A stretch of 64,000 nt of DNA from Nannocystis sp. RBIL2 (GCF_026626745.1 NZ_JAPNJW010000002.1:1382151-1446150); one strand, 5' to 3'; positions 1 through 9,487 are shown, counted from the first letter of the stretch. Notes: generated by a model not told the origin, from the sequence alone. Numbers and translations: made by a program.

Positions 1-287
1 ATGCGATAGGCCACGACCAGCCGCGGCGCAACCGCCACGAACCACGCGTCGACGCGAGCGCGGTCGGCGTAACGCAGCGGGTAGGTGTAGCGGCAGTGGC
101 TGTCGACCAGCAGGAGGGCGTAACCCGCGCGGCGGATGTCCTCGACGTCGAGCCCGCGCGAGCGCAGCAGCGCGGTCCGGCCGTACTCCATGTACTTGTA
201 GTAATGCCCGTGCCAGACGATGTTGAGGATGTCGACGTCGTGGAACGGGACCTCGAACTCGACCGAGACCTCGTGCAGCCGGCTCAC
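1..287 (-). CDS. Acyl-CoA thioesterase, 4HBT/YbgC hotdog family (partial, 3' end beyond window edge)
   Basis: Not in the ORF track because it runs off the window. The reverse strand from GTG at 287 reads VSRLHEVSVEFEVPFHDVDILNIVWHGHYYKYMEYGRTALLRSRGLDVEDIRRAGYALLLVDSHCRY, typical of 4-hydroxybenzoyl-CoA-thioesterase-like proteins. The GTG overlaps the stop of the upstream lyase gene (GTGA). Confidence 0.6.
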   Translation of the reverse strand, partial: MSRLHEVSVEFEVPFHDVDILNIVWHGHYYKYMEYGRTALLRSRGLDVEDIRRAGYALLLVDSHCRYTYPLRYADRARVDAWFVAVAPRLVVAYR

Positions 288-1813
288 GACAGCGCTCCGA
301 TCGGCAACGCGTTCGCGCGCATCAGCGTCAGCACCGCGGCGATGTCCCGGTCCTGGCGGCGGTCGGCGTCGACCATCGGGATGACGCCGCGCACCGCCGC
401 GTGCAGCGTACGCGCCCGCGCGTGGACGTTGTGCCCCGCGCGCAGGTCGACCGCCTGGCACATGGTGAGCAGCCCGATCGCGGCGACCGTCTCGGTCAGC
501 TCGACGATCCGCAGGCAGTCGCGCGCCGCGATCGTGCCCATGCTCACCTTGTCCTGGTTGTGGCATTCGGTGCTTCGGCTGAAGACGCTGGCCGGCATCG
601 TCAGCTTCAACGCCTCGGCCGCCAGCGCCGAGGCCGAGATCTGCATCGCCTTGAAGCCGTGGTGCGCCGCACGATCGGGGCCCGTGCGCCCGACCAGGTT
701 GGCCGGCAGGCCTGCGTTCGTGTCCGGGTTGCAGACCAGCGCGATCTGGCGATCGACCAGGTCGGCGAGGTTGGCCACCGCCGTCTTCAGGGAGTCGAGC
801 GCGAAGCAGGCGTGGCCGCCGTAGAAGTTGCCGCCGTGCAGCACCTCCCCGGTCTCCGGGTCGACCAGCGGGTTGTCGTTGGCGCCGACGATTTCGACCT
901 CGAGCCACTGCCGGACCCAGGGTAGCGCGTCGACGAGGACCCCGATCACGTGCGGGGCGCAGCGGATCGAGTAGCGGTCCTGGATGCGAGCGGGGGCTGC
1001 CGGCCGCGGGAACTCGATATCTTCGCGGATCCACCCCGCCACGGCTCTCTGGCCCGGGTGCGGCTTGGCGGCGAAGATGCGGTCGTCGAAGTGAGCGGGG
1101 TTGCCGCCGAGCACGTCGCTGCCCATCGCCGTCAGCGCCGCGCACAGGCGCGCCAGCCGCTGCGCGCGCGCGACCGCCAGGCAACCGAGCCCGACCATGA
1201 CGCTGGTCCCGTTCATCAGCGCCAGGCTCTCCTTGGGCTGCAGCACCAGCGGCGGGATCCCGGCCTCGCGCAGCGCCTCGGCCGCGGGCGCGACCTGTCC
1301 CTTGAACCAGACCTCGCGCTCGCCGACCAGCGCCGCCACCACGTACGACAGCGGCGTCAGATCGCCGCTGGCCCCGACCGAGCCCTCGGCGGGGATCCGC
1401 GGCAGCAGACGGTGCCGCAGCAGATCGCACAGGCGCTCGAGCACCTCGACGCGCACCCCCGACCAGCCGCGCGCCAGCGCCACCAGCCGCACCGCCACCA
1501 CCGCGGCGGCCTCGACCTCGTCGAGGATCCGCCCGGTGCCGCAGCCGTGGAAGCGCATCAGGTTGATCGGCATCGCCGCCACGTGCTCGTCGGGCACGCT
1601 CGTCTCGCACGAGTCGCCGAACCCGGTCGTGACCCCGTAGACGACCTCGCCCGCGGCCAGCCGGCGCGCCAGGTGGTCGGCGCCGCGGCCCAGCAGCACC
1701 CGGTACTCCGGGGCGTCGTCGAGCGCCGGGAAAGCTGTCCCTTCGGCCAGCTGAACCACGTCGTCGAGGCCGATCCCGCCGGGCCCCACGATGAGGACGC
1801 GCGCGCTACTCAC
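284..1813 (-). CDS. Aromatic amino acid ammonia-lyase (HAL/PAL/TAL family, MIO cofactor)
   Basis: ORF 284..1966. Motifs: SVGASGDLTPLSY (Ala-Ser-Gly MIO triad), GVTTGFG, CHNQDKVSMG. The first 51 codons of the ORF are Arg/Pro-rich, so the start is moved to GTG 1813 (VSSARVLIVGPGG), which overlaps the stop of the upstream gene by 4 nt. Confidence 0.9.
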   Translation of the reverse strand: MSSARVLIVGPGGIGLDDVVQLAEGTAFPALDDAPEYRVLLGRGADHLARRLAAGEVVYGVTTGFGDSCETSVPDEHVAAMPINLMRFHGCGTGRILDEVEAAAVVAVRLVALARGWSGVRVEVLERLCDLLRHRLLPRIPAEGSVGASGDLTPLSYVVAALVGEREVWFKGQVAPAAEALREAGIPPLVLQPKESLALMNGTSVMVGLGCLAVARAQRLARLCAALTAMGSDVLGGNPAHFDDRIFAAKPHPGQRAVAGWIREDIEFPRPAAPARIQDRYSIRCAPHVIGVLVDALPWVRQWLEVEIVGANDNPLVDPETGEVLHGGNFYGGHACFALDSLKTAVANLADLVDRQIALVCNPDTNAGLPANLVGRTGPDRAAHHGFKAMQISASALAAEALKLTMPASVFSRSTECHNQDKVSMGTIAARDCLRIVELTETVAAIGLLTMCQAVDLRAGHNVHARARTLHAAVRGVIPMVDADRRQDRDIAAVLTLMRANALPIGALS

Positions 1814-2796
1814 TCTGCCCTCCAGAACTCGTAGAAGTTGAACCAGTTGAGCGGCGCGAGGCGGCAGTAGTGCTCGAGGCGTTCGGCGTAGCGCTGGACA
1901 TGGGCGGCGGTGGCGGCCTCGCGGCGGCCTCTGGGGAGTTCTAATTGTTCGGCGAAGGGCTCGCAATAAAGATCGTAGCGGTCAGGCCCGTGGTAGAGCC
2001 CGAAAGTCAAATAGATCGGGCACTTTAGCAGCGCCGCCAGGGTGTAGGGCCCGGTCGGGAAGCGCGCCGGAGCGCCCAGGAACTCGGCCGTGCAGGTCTT
2101 CTCGTTGACCCCGACCCGGTCGCCGAGCACCGCCACCAGCTCGCCGCGCTCGATCGCCTCCTTGGCGGCCAGGATGTAGCTGGTGTCGCGCGGGTCGATC
2201 GGGATCACGCGCACGTCGAAGTCGGCCCCCACCGTGCGCAAGAAGTCGTTGATCATCTTCGCGTTCTGCCAGTACGCGAGGATGTGGATCGGCAGCCGCT
2301 TGTCGACGCTGCTGGCCCGCATCGCCTCGAACGAGCCGAGGTGGGCCCCGAGCAGCAGCGCCCCCTTGCCCTGCTGCTGCAGCGCCCGCAGGTGCTCGAT
2401 GCCCGTGTGCGTGATGCGGAACCGCGACGTCTCGCCGCGGACCAGGAACACGCGGTCGAGGGCGCAGCGGGCGAACGTGTAGATGTGGCGCCAGCTGGCC
2501 CAAAAGCCGTGCGGCTGGCCGATCCGCCGCAGGTAGTCCTGCGAGGCCCGCCGCGCCGCCCCGGCGAACAGCGCGTAGTAGAAGGTGATCACCGCCAGCA
2601 GCACCCCCGCCCCGCGGCGGCCGAACACCCGGCAGAACAGCAGCGTCGCCTTGATCCCGAGCACCGTCCCGCGCTCGGGCCGGGTCATCCACGCCCGGTC
2701 GCCCTCGCCCGCGACGACGGCCGGAACGCCGCCCCCCGCGGACCCGTTCTGGTTGTCCTCCAGGACATGTCCCTTCGTACCTGCCTGCTCCGCCAT
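1810..2796 (-). CDS. LpxL/HtrB-type (lysophospholipid / lipid A) acyltransferase
   Basis: 328-aa ORF with an N-terminal hydrophobic segment, an HLGSFE (Hx4E) acyltransferase motif, and overall resemblance to the acyltransferases found in aryl-polyene clusters. Same strand and tightly packed with neighbours. Confidence 0.8.
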   Translation of the reverse strand: MAEQAGTKGHVLEDNQNGSAGGGVPAVVAGEGDRAWMTRPERGTVLGIKATLLFCRVFGRRGAGVLLAVITFYYALFAGAARRASQDYLRRIGQPHGFWASWRHIYTFARCALDRVFLVRGETSRFRITHTGIEHLRALQQQGKGALLLGAHLGSFEAMRASSVDKRLPIHILAYWQNAKMINDFLRTVGADFDVRVIPIDPRDTSYILAAKEAIERGELVAVLGDRVGVNEKTCTAEFLGAPARFPTGPYTLAALLKCPIYLTFGLYHGPDRYDLYCEPFAEQLELPRGRREAATAAHVQRYAERLEHYCRLAPLNWFNFYEFWRAE

Positions 2797-2811
2797 GGCC
2801 GATCGAACCTG
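2765..2811. repeat. 14-bp-period CATG/CCTG array (4 units) spanning the acyltransferase start codon
   Basis: Motif centres at 2765 (CATG), 2780 (CCTG), 2794 (CATG, which is the ATG start on the minus strand) and 2808 (CCTG). Confidence 0.6.
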
Positions 2812-2829
2812 TCCTCTCGCGCAGCCCGA

Positions 2830-3645
2830 TCAGCGGCCGGCCGGCAGCGCCGGGCGGCGCAGGCGGCGGTAGAGGTTGACCCACGGGCGCACCATCACCC
2901 GCTGGAACGACAGCCGGGTGTGCAGCCACGAGATCTTGACGTTGTCGCCGAACACGCGGAAGTGCGACACCCCGCCCTCGTCGCGGCCGATGTAACGGAC
3001 CTTCGTCGGCAGATTGATCACCGGCACCCCGGCCCACACCAGGCGGACCGCGATCTCGATGTCGAAGTCCATGCGATCGCCGGTGCGCCCGAGCGCCAGC
3101 GCGGGCACCAGCGGGTACACACGGAAGCCGCACATCGGGTCGGTGATGACCCCGCGCCCGGCCTCGAAGTTGGTCCAGAACAGCGTGATCTTGCGGGCGA
3201 TGAGCCGCCCCTTCGGCGCCGACGCGTCGTACACCGGCGCCCCGAGGATCAGCGCGTCCGGCCGCTCGTGCGCGGTGGCGAGGAATTGCGGGATGTCCCC
3301 CAGGTCATGTTGCCCGTCGGCGTCGACCTGCAGCGCGTGGGTGTAGCCGAGCTCGTGGGCGAACTGGAACCCGGTCTTGACCGCCGCCCCCTTGCCGCCG
3401 TTGTGCGGCCGTCGCCGCACGTGCGCCAGCCCCTCCGCCCCGATCGCCTCGACCGCGGCGCGGCCCTCCGGCCCCGAGCCGTCGTCGATGACGACCACGT
3501 CGGGCAGGTGCGCCTTGACCCGCAGCACCACGTCCCGCACCGTCCGCGGATTGTCGAAGGTCGGGATCAGCGCGCACGGCCGGAACGCCGCGGCCCCGGC
3601 TTCGCCTGTCCCCAGGGACACGTCCTGGCCCCCGTCCGCGCTCAT
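2830..3645 (-). CDS. Family 2 glycosyltransferase
   Basis: ORF 2830..3720. Motifs: CALIPTFDNPRTV, VVVIDDGSGPEG, LQVDADGQHD (DxD-type). Start placed at ATG 3645 (MSADGG). Confidence 0.85.
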   Translation of the reverse strand: MSADGGQDVSLGTGEAGAAAFRPCALIPTFDNPRTVRDVVLRVKAHLPDVVVIDDGSGPEGRAAVEAIGAEGLAHVRRRPHNGGKGAAVKTGFQFAHELGYTHALQVDADGQHDLGDIPQFLATAHERPDALILGAPVYDASAPKGRLIARKITLFWTNFEAGRGVITDPMCGFRVYPLVPALALGRTGDRMDFDIEIAVRLVWAGVPVINLPTKVRYIGRDEGGVSHFRVFGDNVKISWLHTRLSFQRVMVRPWVNLYRRLRRPALPAGR

Positions 3646-3750
3646 GCCCGCCTCCCGGCGCGAGGCGCACCCAGCCCGCCGACCGTCGGCGACCGCTCTG
3701 TCCTCCCGGACATCTGGCAACGACCTGCGCCTTCGGCCATACGCACCGCC

Positions 3751-5616
3751 TCAGCCTCCGCGCGCCTCGTACTCGAGCGCCCCCGCCGTGACCACCTCGC
3801 CGGCCCGCGCCAGGGAGAAGCGGACGCTCGTCCCGCGGACCTCGAGCCGCAGCACCAGCGCGTCGCCCGGCGCGATCGGCCGGGTGAACTTCAGCCGCGT
3901 CGCCCGCCGCAGCGGCCCCAGCTCCGGCCGCAGCGCCGCCACCTGCGGCACCACCAGCGCGGTCAGCTGCGCCACCCCCGGCAGCACCGGCAGGGCGTCG
4001 AAGTGCCCGCGGAAGAACGCCAGGTCGACCGGCACCCCCACCTCGACCTCGTGCACCGACGACCCGCCCTCTTCGCGCAGCGTATGCCCGCGCAGCGCGA
4101 ACGCCGACGCCCCCGGGCCACCTGTCCCCGCGGACATGTCCCGTGAGCCACTCAGCCCCGATCCCGCGCTCGGTGCGTCCGTCGCCGAACTTACGGACAT
4201 GTCCCTCGGGCCACCCGCCGCGACTTCCTCTTCGCCCGCGAGCCCGAGCAGCGCGTGCAGCTTGCGCCGCGTCAGCTTGCCGCTCGGCTCGCGCGGCAGC
4301 GCCGGCACCACCTTGATCCGCCGCGGCACCACCACCTGGTCGAACCACGGCAACAGCGCCCGGCGCAGCTCGGCCACCAGCTCGCCGGCGTCGCGCCCGC
4401 CCTCGCGCGCGACCACGGCGGCCACCAGCTCGTGCCCGCGGGCGCCCGGCGACTCGACCGCCACCACCGCGGCGTCGGCCACCGCGGGCAGCGCCAGCAG
4501 CCGCTGCTCGACCTCGGCCACCGCCACTCGCTTGCCGGCGATCTTCACCACCCCGTCGAGCCGCCCGCGCAGGTGGAACCCGCCGCGCGCGTCGACCTCG
4601 ACGCGATCCTCGCACGGGTACGGCACCGGCGCGTCCGGCGCCAAGAACGGCGAGCGCAGCAGCAGCCGGCCCTCGGCCGCCACCTCGACAGTCACTCCCG
4701 GCAGCGGCGTCCAGGCTGGCTCCGGGGACATGTCCCTTAAAACATCCTCGTGCCGCCGCCAGCCGATCCCGCCGGTCTCCGACGAGCCGTACACCTCGGT
4801 CACCTGCAGGCCCAGCTTCGTCAGCAGCTCGTCGGCGGTCGCCCGTGGCAACGGCGCGCCCGACGAGAACACCCGCGACAGCGGCGGCAGGTCGCCGCGC
4901 GTCAGCACCGTCAGGCCGCGCAGGTGCGCCGGCGTGCTGACCAGCACCGTCGCCGCCACCTGCCGCGCCGCCCGGGCCACCGTCTCGGCGTGCAGCGGCG
5001 TCTCGCGGGCGAACGCCGCCCCCGCGGCCAGCGGCGCCAGGATCCCGAACAGCAGCCCGTAGAGGTGGTACGGCGGCACCGTCGCCAGCGCCACCTCCCC
5101 GGCCCGCAGGGCGAACGTGGCCGCCAGCGCCTGCGCCTCGCCGAGCAGCTGCGCGGCCGTCTTGGCGCACGGCTGGTGGTCGCCGGTGCTGCCCGAGGTG
5201 TACACGACCGCCAGCCGGCGATCGGCCGCCAGCGCTTCGGGCCATGTCGGATCGGCCATGTCCCCTGAAACATGTTCCGAGAGCCACTCGCGGACGTCCT
5301 GCGCGTCGGCCAGGTCGGAGTCGTGCAGCAGCGCGACCACCGACGGCCGCCCGGCCAGCTCGCGCACGGCCGCCGGCTGGGCGTTGGGCGGCAGCGCGAC
5401 CGCGTGGCCGCGCAGCCACGCCGCCAGGGTCGTCACCGCCAGGTGATAGCGGTCGCCGCACACCACCAGCACCTCGCTGCCCGGCGCCGGCGCCGGCAGC
5501 CGCGCCGCGATGCCCCTCGCGTCGCGCATGAGCTCGCCGGCCGTGCGCGCGCCGGCCTCGCCGACGGCGACGGGCGCCACGGGATCGGTGTGGACGAGCG
5601 GGACGAACGACTTCAT
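3751..5616 (-). CDS. AMP-dependent synthetase/ligase fused to a C-terminal FabZ/ApeP-like hotdog dehydratase domain
   Basis: Part of ORF 3751..6216. Motifs: VVYTSGSTGDHQPC and YGSSETGG (adenylate-forming core); the C-terminal ~110 aa carry FFRGHFDALPVLPGVAQL (hotdog). Start at ATG 5616 (MKSFVPLVH) gives an ATGA overlap with the upstream gene stop. Confidence 0.85.
   Translation of the reverse strand: MKSFVPLVHTDPVAPVAVGEAGARTAGELMRDARGIAARLPAPAPGSEVLVVCGDRYHLAVTTLAAWLRGHAVALPPNAQPAAVRELAGRPSVVALLHDSDLADAQDVREWLSEHVSGDMADPTWPEALAADRRLAVVYTSGSTGDHQPCAKTAAQLLGEAQALAATFALRAGEVALATVPPYHLYGLLFGILAPLAAGAAFARETPLHAETVARAARQVAATVLVSTPAHLRGLTVLTRGDLPPLSRVFSSGAPLPRATADELLTKLGLQVTEVYGSSETGGIGWRRHEDVLRDMSPEPAWTPLPGVTVEVAAEGRLLLRSPFLAPDAPVPYPCEDRVEVDARGGFHLRGRLDGVVKIAGKRVAVAEVEQRLLALPAVADAAVVAVESPGARGHELVAAVVAREGGRDAGELVAELRRALLPWFDQVVVPRRIKVVPALPREPSGKLTRRKLHALLGLAGEEEVAAGGPRDMSVSSATDAPSAGSGLSGSRDMSAGTGGPGASAFALRGHTLREEGGSSVHEVEVGVPVDLAFFRGHFDALPVLPGVAQLTALVVPQVAALRPELGPLRRATRLKFTRPIAPGDALVLRLEVRGTSVRFSLARAGEVVTAGALEYEARGG
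5243..5284. repeat. 14-bp-period CATGT(C/T)C array (3 units) inside the ligase CDS
   Basis: CATG at 5243, 5257 and 5271 (gccATGTCgg, gccATGTCCcc, aaCATGTTCcg). 42 bp equals 14 codons. Confidence 0.7.
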
Positions 5617-6263
5617 GCGCGGAGCAGTCGGCGGAGCAGGCGGTCGGGCAGCGCGTCGCCGAAGCGACGGAAGGTCGCCTTGCGGACGACGTACTCGACG
5701 GTGAACATTACCCCGATCAGCAGGTAGGCCAAAAGTCCGGTGTAGAGCGTCCACCAGGCCACCGGGGCCCACAGCGCCAGGCCGGCGCTGACGAGCGCGT
5801 TGGCGACGAAGAAGCCGCACCAGATCCGGGTCCACGTCCGGCAGTACTCCGGCCCGCCGGGCGGCAGGTCGGGCTCCTGCAGGCGCGCGAACCGTTCGAC
5901 CAGCGACACCGGCCCGCGCAGGCTGGCCGCGAAGTTGGCCAACAATCCCAGGTTGACCAGCACCGGCAGGGCCATGAACAGCCGCTGCTCGCCCGACAGC
6001 GCCGCCACCGCGAACAGCCCGAACAGCGACAGCGGCACCCGCAGCACCGGCCACAGGTCCTCGCGCCGGGCCTCGCGCAGGCGCAGCAGCAGCCCCGGCA
6101 GCAGCGCCGCCGCCAGCACCAGCGCCAACGTGCGCGGGCTCCAGCGCGTCATGCCGAGGTACACGACCAGCGGGTAGCCGCCGATCACCATCGACCGCAG
6201 CACCGCGGGCACCCACCTCGGGACCCCCGCGGCTCGCCGCGGCTCGCCGTTCGGGTCCGCCAT
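5613..6263 (-). CDS. Integral membrane protein of the pigment/lipid cluster
   Basis: 216-aa ORF with several hydrophobic helices (LVVYLGMT, LALVLAAALLPGLLL, LFGLFAVAAL, WCGFFVANALVSAGLALW, LLAYLLIGVMF). Translationally coupled to the ligase gene. Confidence 0.65.
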   Translation of the reverse strand: MADPNGEPRRAAGVPRWVPAVLRSMVIGGYPLVVYLGMTRWSPRTLALVLAAALLPGLLLRLREARREDLWPVLRVPLSLFGLFAVAALSGEQRLFMALPVLVNLGLLANFAASLRGPVSLVERFARLQEPDLPPGGPEYCRTWTRIWCGFFVANALVSAGLALWAPVAWWTLYTGLLAYLLIGVMFTVEYVVRKATFRRFGDALPDRLLRRLLRA

Positions 6264-6271
6264 GTCGGGCC

Positions 6272-6559
6272 TCAGCTCGCCGCCGGCGCGCGCTGTTCAG
6301 CGACGAAGCGGGCCAGGTTGGTCACGCTGGCGAAGATGTGCCGGTTCTGGGCGTCGTCGGCGCGGGTCTTGACGCCGTACTTCTTGCCGATGGCCATCGC
6401 CAGCTCGAGCACGTCGATCGAGTCGAGGCCCAGCCCCTCGACCAGCAGCGGCGCCTCTGGGTCGATGTCCTCGGGGGTCATGTCCTGCAGCATCAGGGCC
6501 TCGATGATGAGCTCCTTGATCTCGCGGACCAGGGCGTCGGGCGGGGCGGCATCTGTCAT
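6272..6559 (-). CDS. Acyl carrier protein
   Basis: 95 aa; LGLDSIDVLELAMAIG contains the phosphopantetheine-Ser motif (DSxD). Confidence 0.85.
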   Translation of the reverse strand: MTDAAPPDALVREIKELIIEALMLQDMTPEDIDPEAPLLVEGLGLDSIDVLELAMAIGKKYGVKTRADDAQNRHIFASVTNLARFVAEQRAPAAS

Positions 6560-6727
6560 GGGGTCGGCGCATCCTACGGGGATCGCCCTGGAGACGACAA
6601 GCGGCGCCCATCATCCTCCGTGGACGCCCGAGCTGCGCGCTGCGGTCACCGACACCGCGCAAGCTCACATCTCCCCCTGGCTCTTGGTGCAGGCGACCTC
6701 GGCGGCCCTCGGTACGCTCGCCGCCGC

Positions 6728-7507
6728 ATGACAAGCACCCAGCAACCGCGGATCGCCATCGTCACCGGCGGCGGCAACGGCATCGGCCGCGCCACCGCTC
6801 TCAAGTTCGCCGAGGCCGGCTACGGCGTGGCCGTGTGGGACCTGGCCGAACAGGCAGCCGAGGAGGTCGTGTCCGCGATCACCGCCGCCGGCGGCGTCGC
6901 CATCGCCCGCAAGGTCGACGTCAGCAAGCCCGAGGACTGCGTCGCCGGGGTCGCCGCCGTGCTCGAGCGGTTCGGCCGGATCGACGTCCTCATCAACAAC
7001 GCCGGCGTCGTCCGCGACGGCCAGTTGGTCAAGGTCAAGGACGGTCAGGTGGTCGGACAGATGAGCGCCGACCAGTTCCAGTTCGTCCTCGATGTCTGCC
7101 TCAAGGGCGTGTTCAACTGCACCCAGGCGGTCGTGCCGACCATGATCGCCCAGAAGTACGGGCGAATCGTCAGCACCAGCTCGGTGGTCGCATTGTACGG
7201 CAACTTCGGCCAGACCAACTACGTCGCCGCCAAGGCCGGCGTCGTCGGCATGACGCGCGTATGGGCGCGCGAGCTCGGCCGCTACGGCATCACGGCGAAC
7301 GCCGTCGCCCCGGGCTTCATCGCCACCGACATGGTCAAGAGCATCCCGGAGAAGGTTTATAACGCGCTGATCGAGCACACCCCGGTCGGCCGCGCCGGAC
7401 AGCCCGACGACATCGCTCGCGCCTATCTCTTCCTGGCCGACGACAAGTCGAGCTTCATCAACGGCGCCATCTTGAGCGTCGACGGCGGCTCCGTCGTCGG
7501 CACCTGA
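6728..7507 (+). CDS. fabG: 3-oxoacyl-ACP reductase (SDR, FabG-like)
   Basis: In-frame part of ORF 6338..7507 from ATG 6728 (MTSTQQPRIAIVTGGGNGIGRA). Motifs: TGxxxGIG, NNAG, YVAAKAG (YxxxK), VAPGFI. Confidence 0.9.
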   Translation: MTSTQQPRIAIVTGGGNGIGRATALKFAEAGYGVAVWDLAEQAAEEVVSAITAAGGVAIARKVDVSKPEDCVAGVAAVLERFGRIDVLINNAGVVRDGQLVKVKDGQVVGQMSADQFQFVLDVCLKGVFNCTQAVVPTMIAQKYGRIVSTSSVVALYGNFGQTNYVAAKAGVVGMTRVWARELGRYGITANAVAPGFIATDMVKSIPEKVYNALIEHTPVGRAGQPDDIARAYLFLADDKSSFINGAILSVDGGSVVGT

Positions 7508-7524
7508 ACCGCTGCACGCGGTTC
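7506..7524 (+). terminator. Stem-loop overlapping the fabG stop
   Basis: GAACCGC-tgcac-GCGGTTC, a 7-bp stem directly at the stop codon. No clear U-tract follows. Confidence 0.3.
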
Positions 7525-7688
7525 TGATCGGGCCTCACGGGCGGCGAACGGCGTCCGTGACGGCGCGCGCGGCGCTGAACAGCATCCGCCACGGCAGGCC
7601 CTCACCCTGCCCGCGCGGACCTCGGGCCGCGCGCGGCATTTTGCCCCTTCGTTGCAGCAGCAGCGCGAAAAGACTAGCGTAACGGGCG

Positions 7689-9473
7689 ATGCACGACGAC
7701 GGCGCGCGCTGGCTACCCAAGTTTCTCGCGGACAGCGGCTACCGCCACGCGATGTATACCCATCAGTGGACCGAGGTGTTGATCTGGCGCGACACGGAGC
7801 GGTGGCTCGGCCGCGGACCCGACCGCGACAGCGCCCTCGAAGATGCGCTGACGCAGATGTTCCCGTCAGCTGCCGCGCGTCAGCTCTTCGATCGCTTCCG
7901 CGACGGCCTCCAGGAGCCAGCCCGTCCGCAGGCGGCGCCACCCAGCGCCGCAGTATCCGCCGAAGTTATCCCCGCCCCGCCCGCACCGCCCGCCCCGCCC
8001 GAACCCGAGCTACCGCGCAGCCCGATCGTCGGCCGGATCCAGCTACCGACTTATCCCGCTGCTGCGGTCGCCGAGGCGCGCGAGACCCTGGAAGAGATCC
8101 TCAAGGACATCCAGGACATGCGACCCGACTTCGCGCTGATGTCGCCGCGCTATCAGAAGGTCTACATGCTGGCGTGGATCTCACGCGCGCGCAGCTTCGA
8201 CGAGCAGTTCCAGGGCGAGCACAAGATCACCGTACTGGTGCGACGGATCGCCCACGAGCTGACGAACCTCAGCAAGACCTTGTGGCCCGGCTCGGTGCAG
8301 GCGCTGCAGATGAACGCGGTGCCCGCATGTGTGGTGACCGAGCTCGGGCTCAAGACGCTGCACGCGCCGAAGACCTGGGCCGAGGCGCACGAGTTCGTGC
8401 AGAACCATCGCGAGCGCGCGATGACCAGCGAGGTCCCGGTCGACGACTACGGCTGGGCCGACCGCCCGCGCAAGGCCCCGCCGGGCCAGCCCCGCGCCCT
8501 CCTGCGCGAGGCCCAGCGCGCCGTCGAAGCCATCGCCGGCAACGTCACCGATCCGCCGCCGCGCCACCTCACCACGCCGCCGGAGGAGCTGCCGAACGAG
8601 CAGCTCGACGCGCTCGTCAAGCACGCCCAGGCGCTGCGCGACATCCGTCGCTTCATCGCCGCCGAGGACCCCGAGACCTGGGGCGCCGTCATGGGCCGCC
8701 TGCGCTGGCTCGCGGGGCGCCTCGGCGAGCGCCTGCCGCAGCTGCGTCGCTGGCTCGACCCCGAGTTCATCCCGCCGCCCGAGCGCGCCAAGACCGGGCC
8801 CTCGGCCGATCAGGTGCGCCAGCAGCAAGCGACGGTGCGAGCCGAACGCGACGCCCTGGTCGCCGCTGACAGCTTCGACGACGAGGCCCTGCTCGCCTTC
8901 CTCGGCCGGGCCTTCGACGCCCACAACACGCCCGAGGTCGCCTCGCTGGTCCAGCCGATCCGCCCGCGCATCGACGCCCTGCGCCCCGACCTGTTCGAGG
9001 ACCGCCGCATGCGTCGCCGCCTCACCGGCCTGCAGGACGTGATCAAGCGCGGAGAGCTCGGCGTGCTGCCGTCCGACAGCGACAGCGACCTCGAGGAAGA
9101 GACCGAAGACGTCGACGATCCGGGCGCGCACCTGGTCGCCCAGGTCCGGCCCAAGGTCGAGGGCAAGCGGGTCCTGTTCGTCAGCAACCGCGAAGACCCC
9201 GACCTCAAGTCGAAGCTCGAGGAGTCGCTCGGCCTCGACATCACCTGGTGCGACGGCAACGCCCGCAAGGTCCAGGCCCAGTGCGAGAGCATCTCGCGCC
9301 ACAGCTACGACTACGTGCTGATCGCCACCGGCTTCCAGGCCCACAACATCGACGGCATCCTCGCCCGCGCCGCCCGGGCCAGCGCCATCCCGTACGTCCG
9401 CGTGTTCAAGGGCCGCCCCCTCGCGGTCGCCCGCGCCCTCGCCCGCAGCCTCGGCGTCGCCTCCGCCGCCTGA
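7689..9473 (+). CDS. Hypothetical protein with C-terminal DUF2325-like domain
   Basis: 594-aa ORF. The C-terminus (KRVLFVSNREDPDLKSKLEESLGLDITWCDGNARK...YDYVLIATGFQAHNIDGILARAARASAIPYVRVFKG) matches the DUF2325 pattern from memory. The rest has no recognisable family. Confidence 0.7.
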   Translation: MHDDGARWLPKFLADSGYRHAMYTHQWTEVLIWRDTERWLGRGPDRDSALEDALTQMFPSAAARQLFDRFRDGLQEPARPQAAPPSAAVSAEVIPAPPAPPAPPEPELPRSPIVGRIQLPTYPAAAVAEARETLEEILKDIQDMRPDFALMSPRYQKVYMLAWISRARSFDEQFQGEHKITVLVRRIAHELTNLSKTLWPGSVQALQMNAVPACVVTELGLKTLHAPKTWAEAHEFVQNHRERAMTSEVPVDDYGWADRPRKAPPGQPRALLREAQRAVEAIAGNVTDPPPRHLTTPPEELPNEQLDALVKHAQALRDIRRFIAAEDPETWGAVMGRLRWLAGRLGERLPQLRRWLDPEFIPPPERAKTGPSADQVRQQQATVRAERDALVAADSFDDEALLAFLGRAFDAHNTPEVASLVQPIRPRIDALRPDLFEDRRMRRRLTGLQDVIKRGELGVLPSDSDSDLEEETEDVDDPGAHLVAQVRPKVEGKRVLFVSNREDPDLKSKLEESLGLDITWCDGNARKVQAQCESISRHSYDYVLIATGFQAHNIDGILARAARASAIPYVRVFKGRPLAVARALARSLGVASAA

Positions 9474-9487
9474 GCCGCTGGCTCCGA

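Noticed and set aside
7634-7656. Sigma-54-like promoter (GGCATTTTGCCCCTTCGTTGCA) upstream of 7689.
   Set aside because: The GG-to-GC spacing does not fit the TGGCAC-N5-TTGC geometry.
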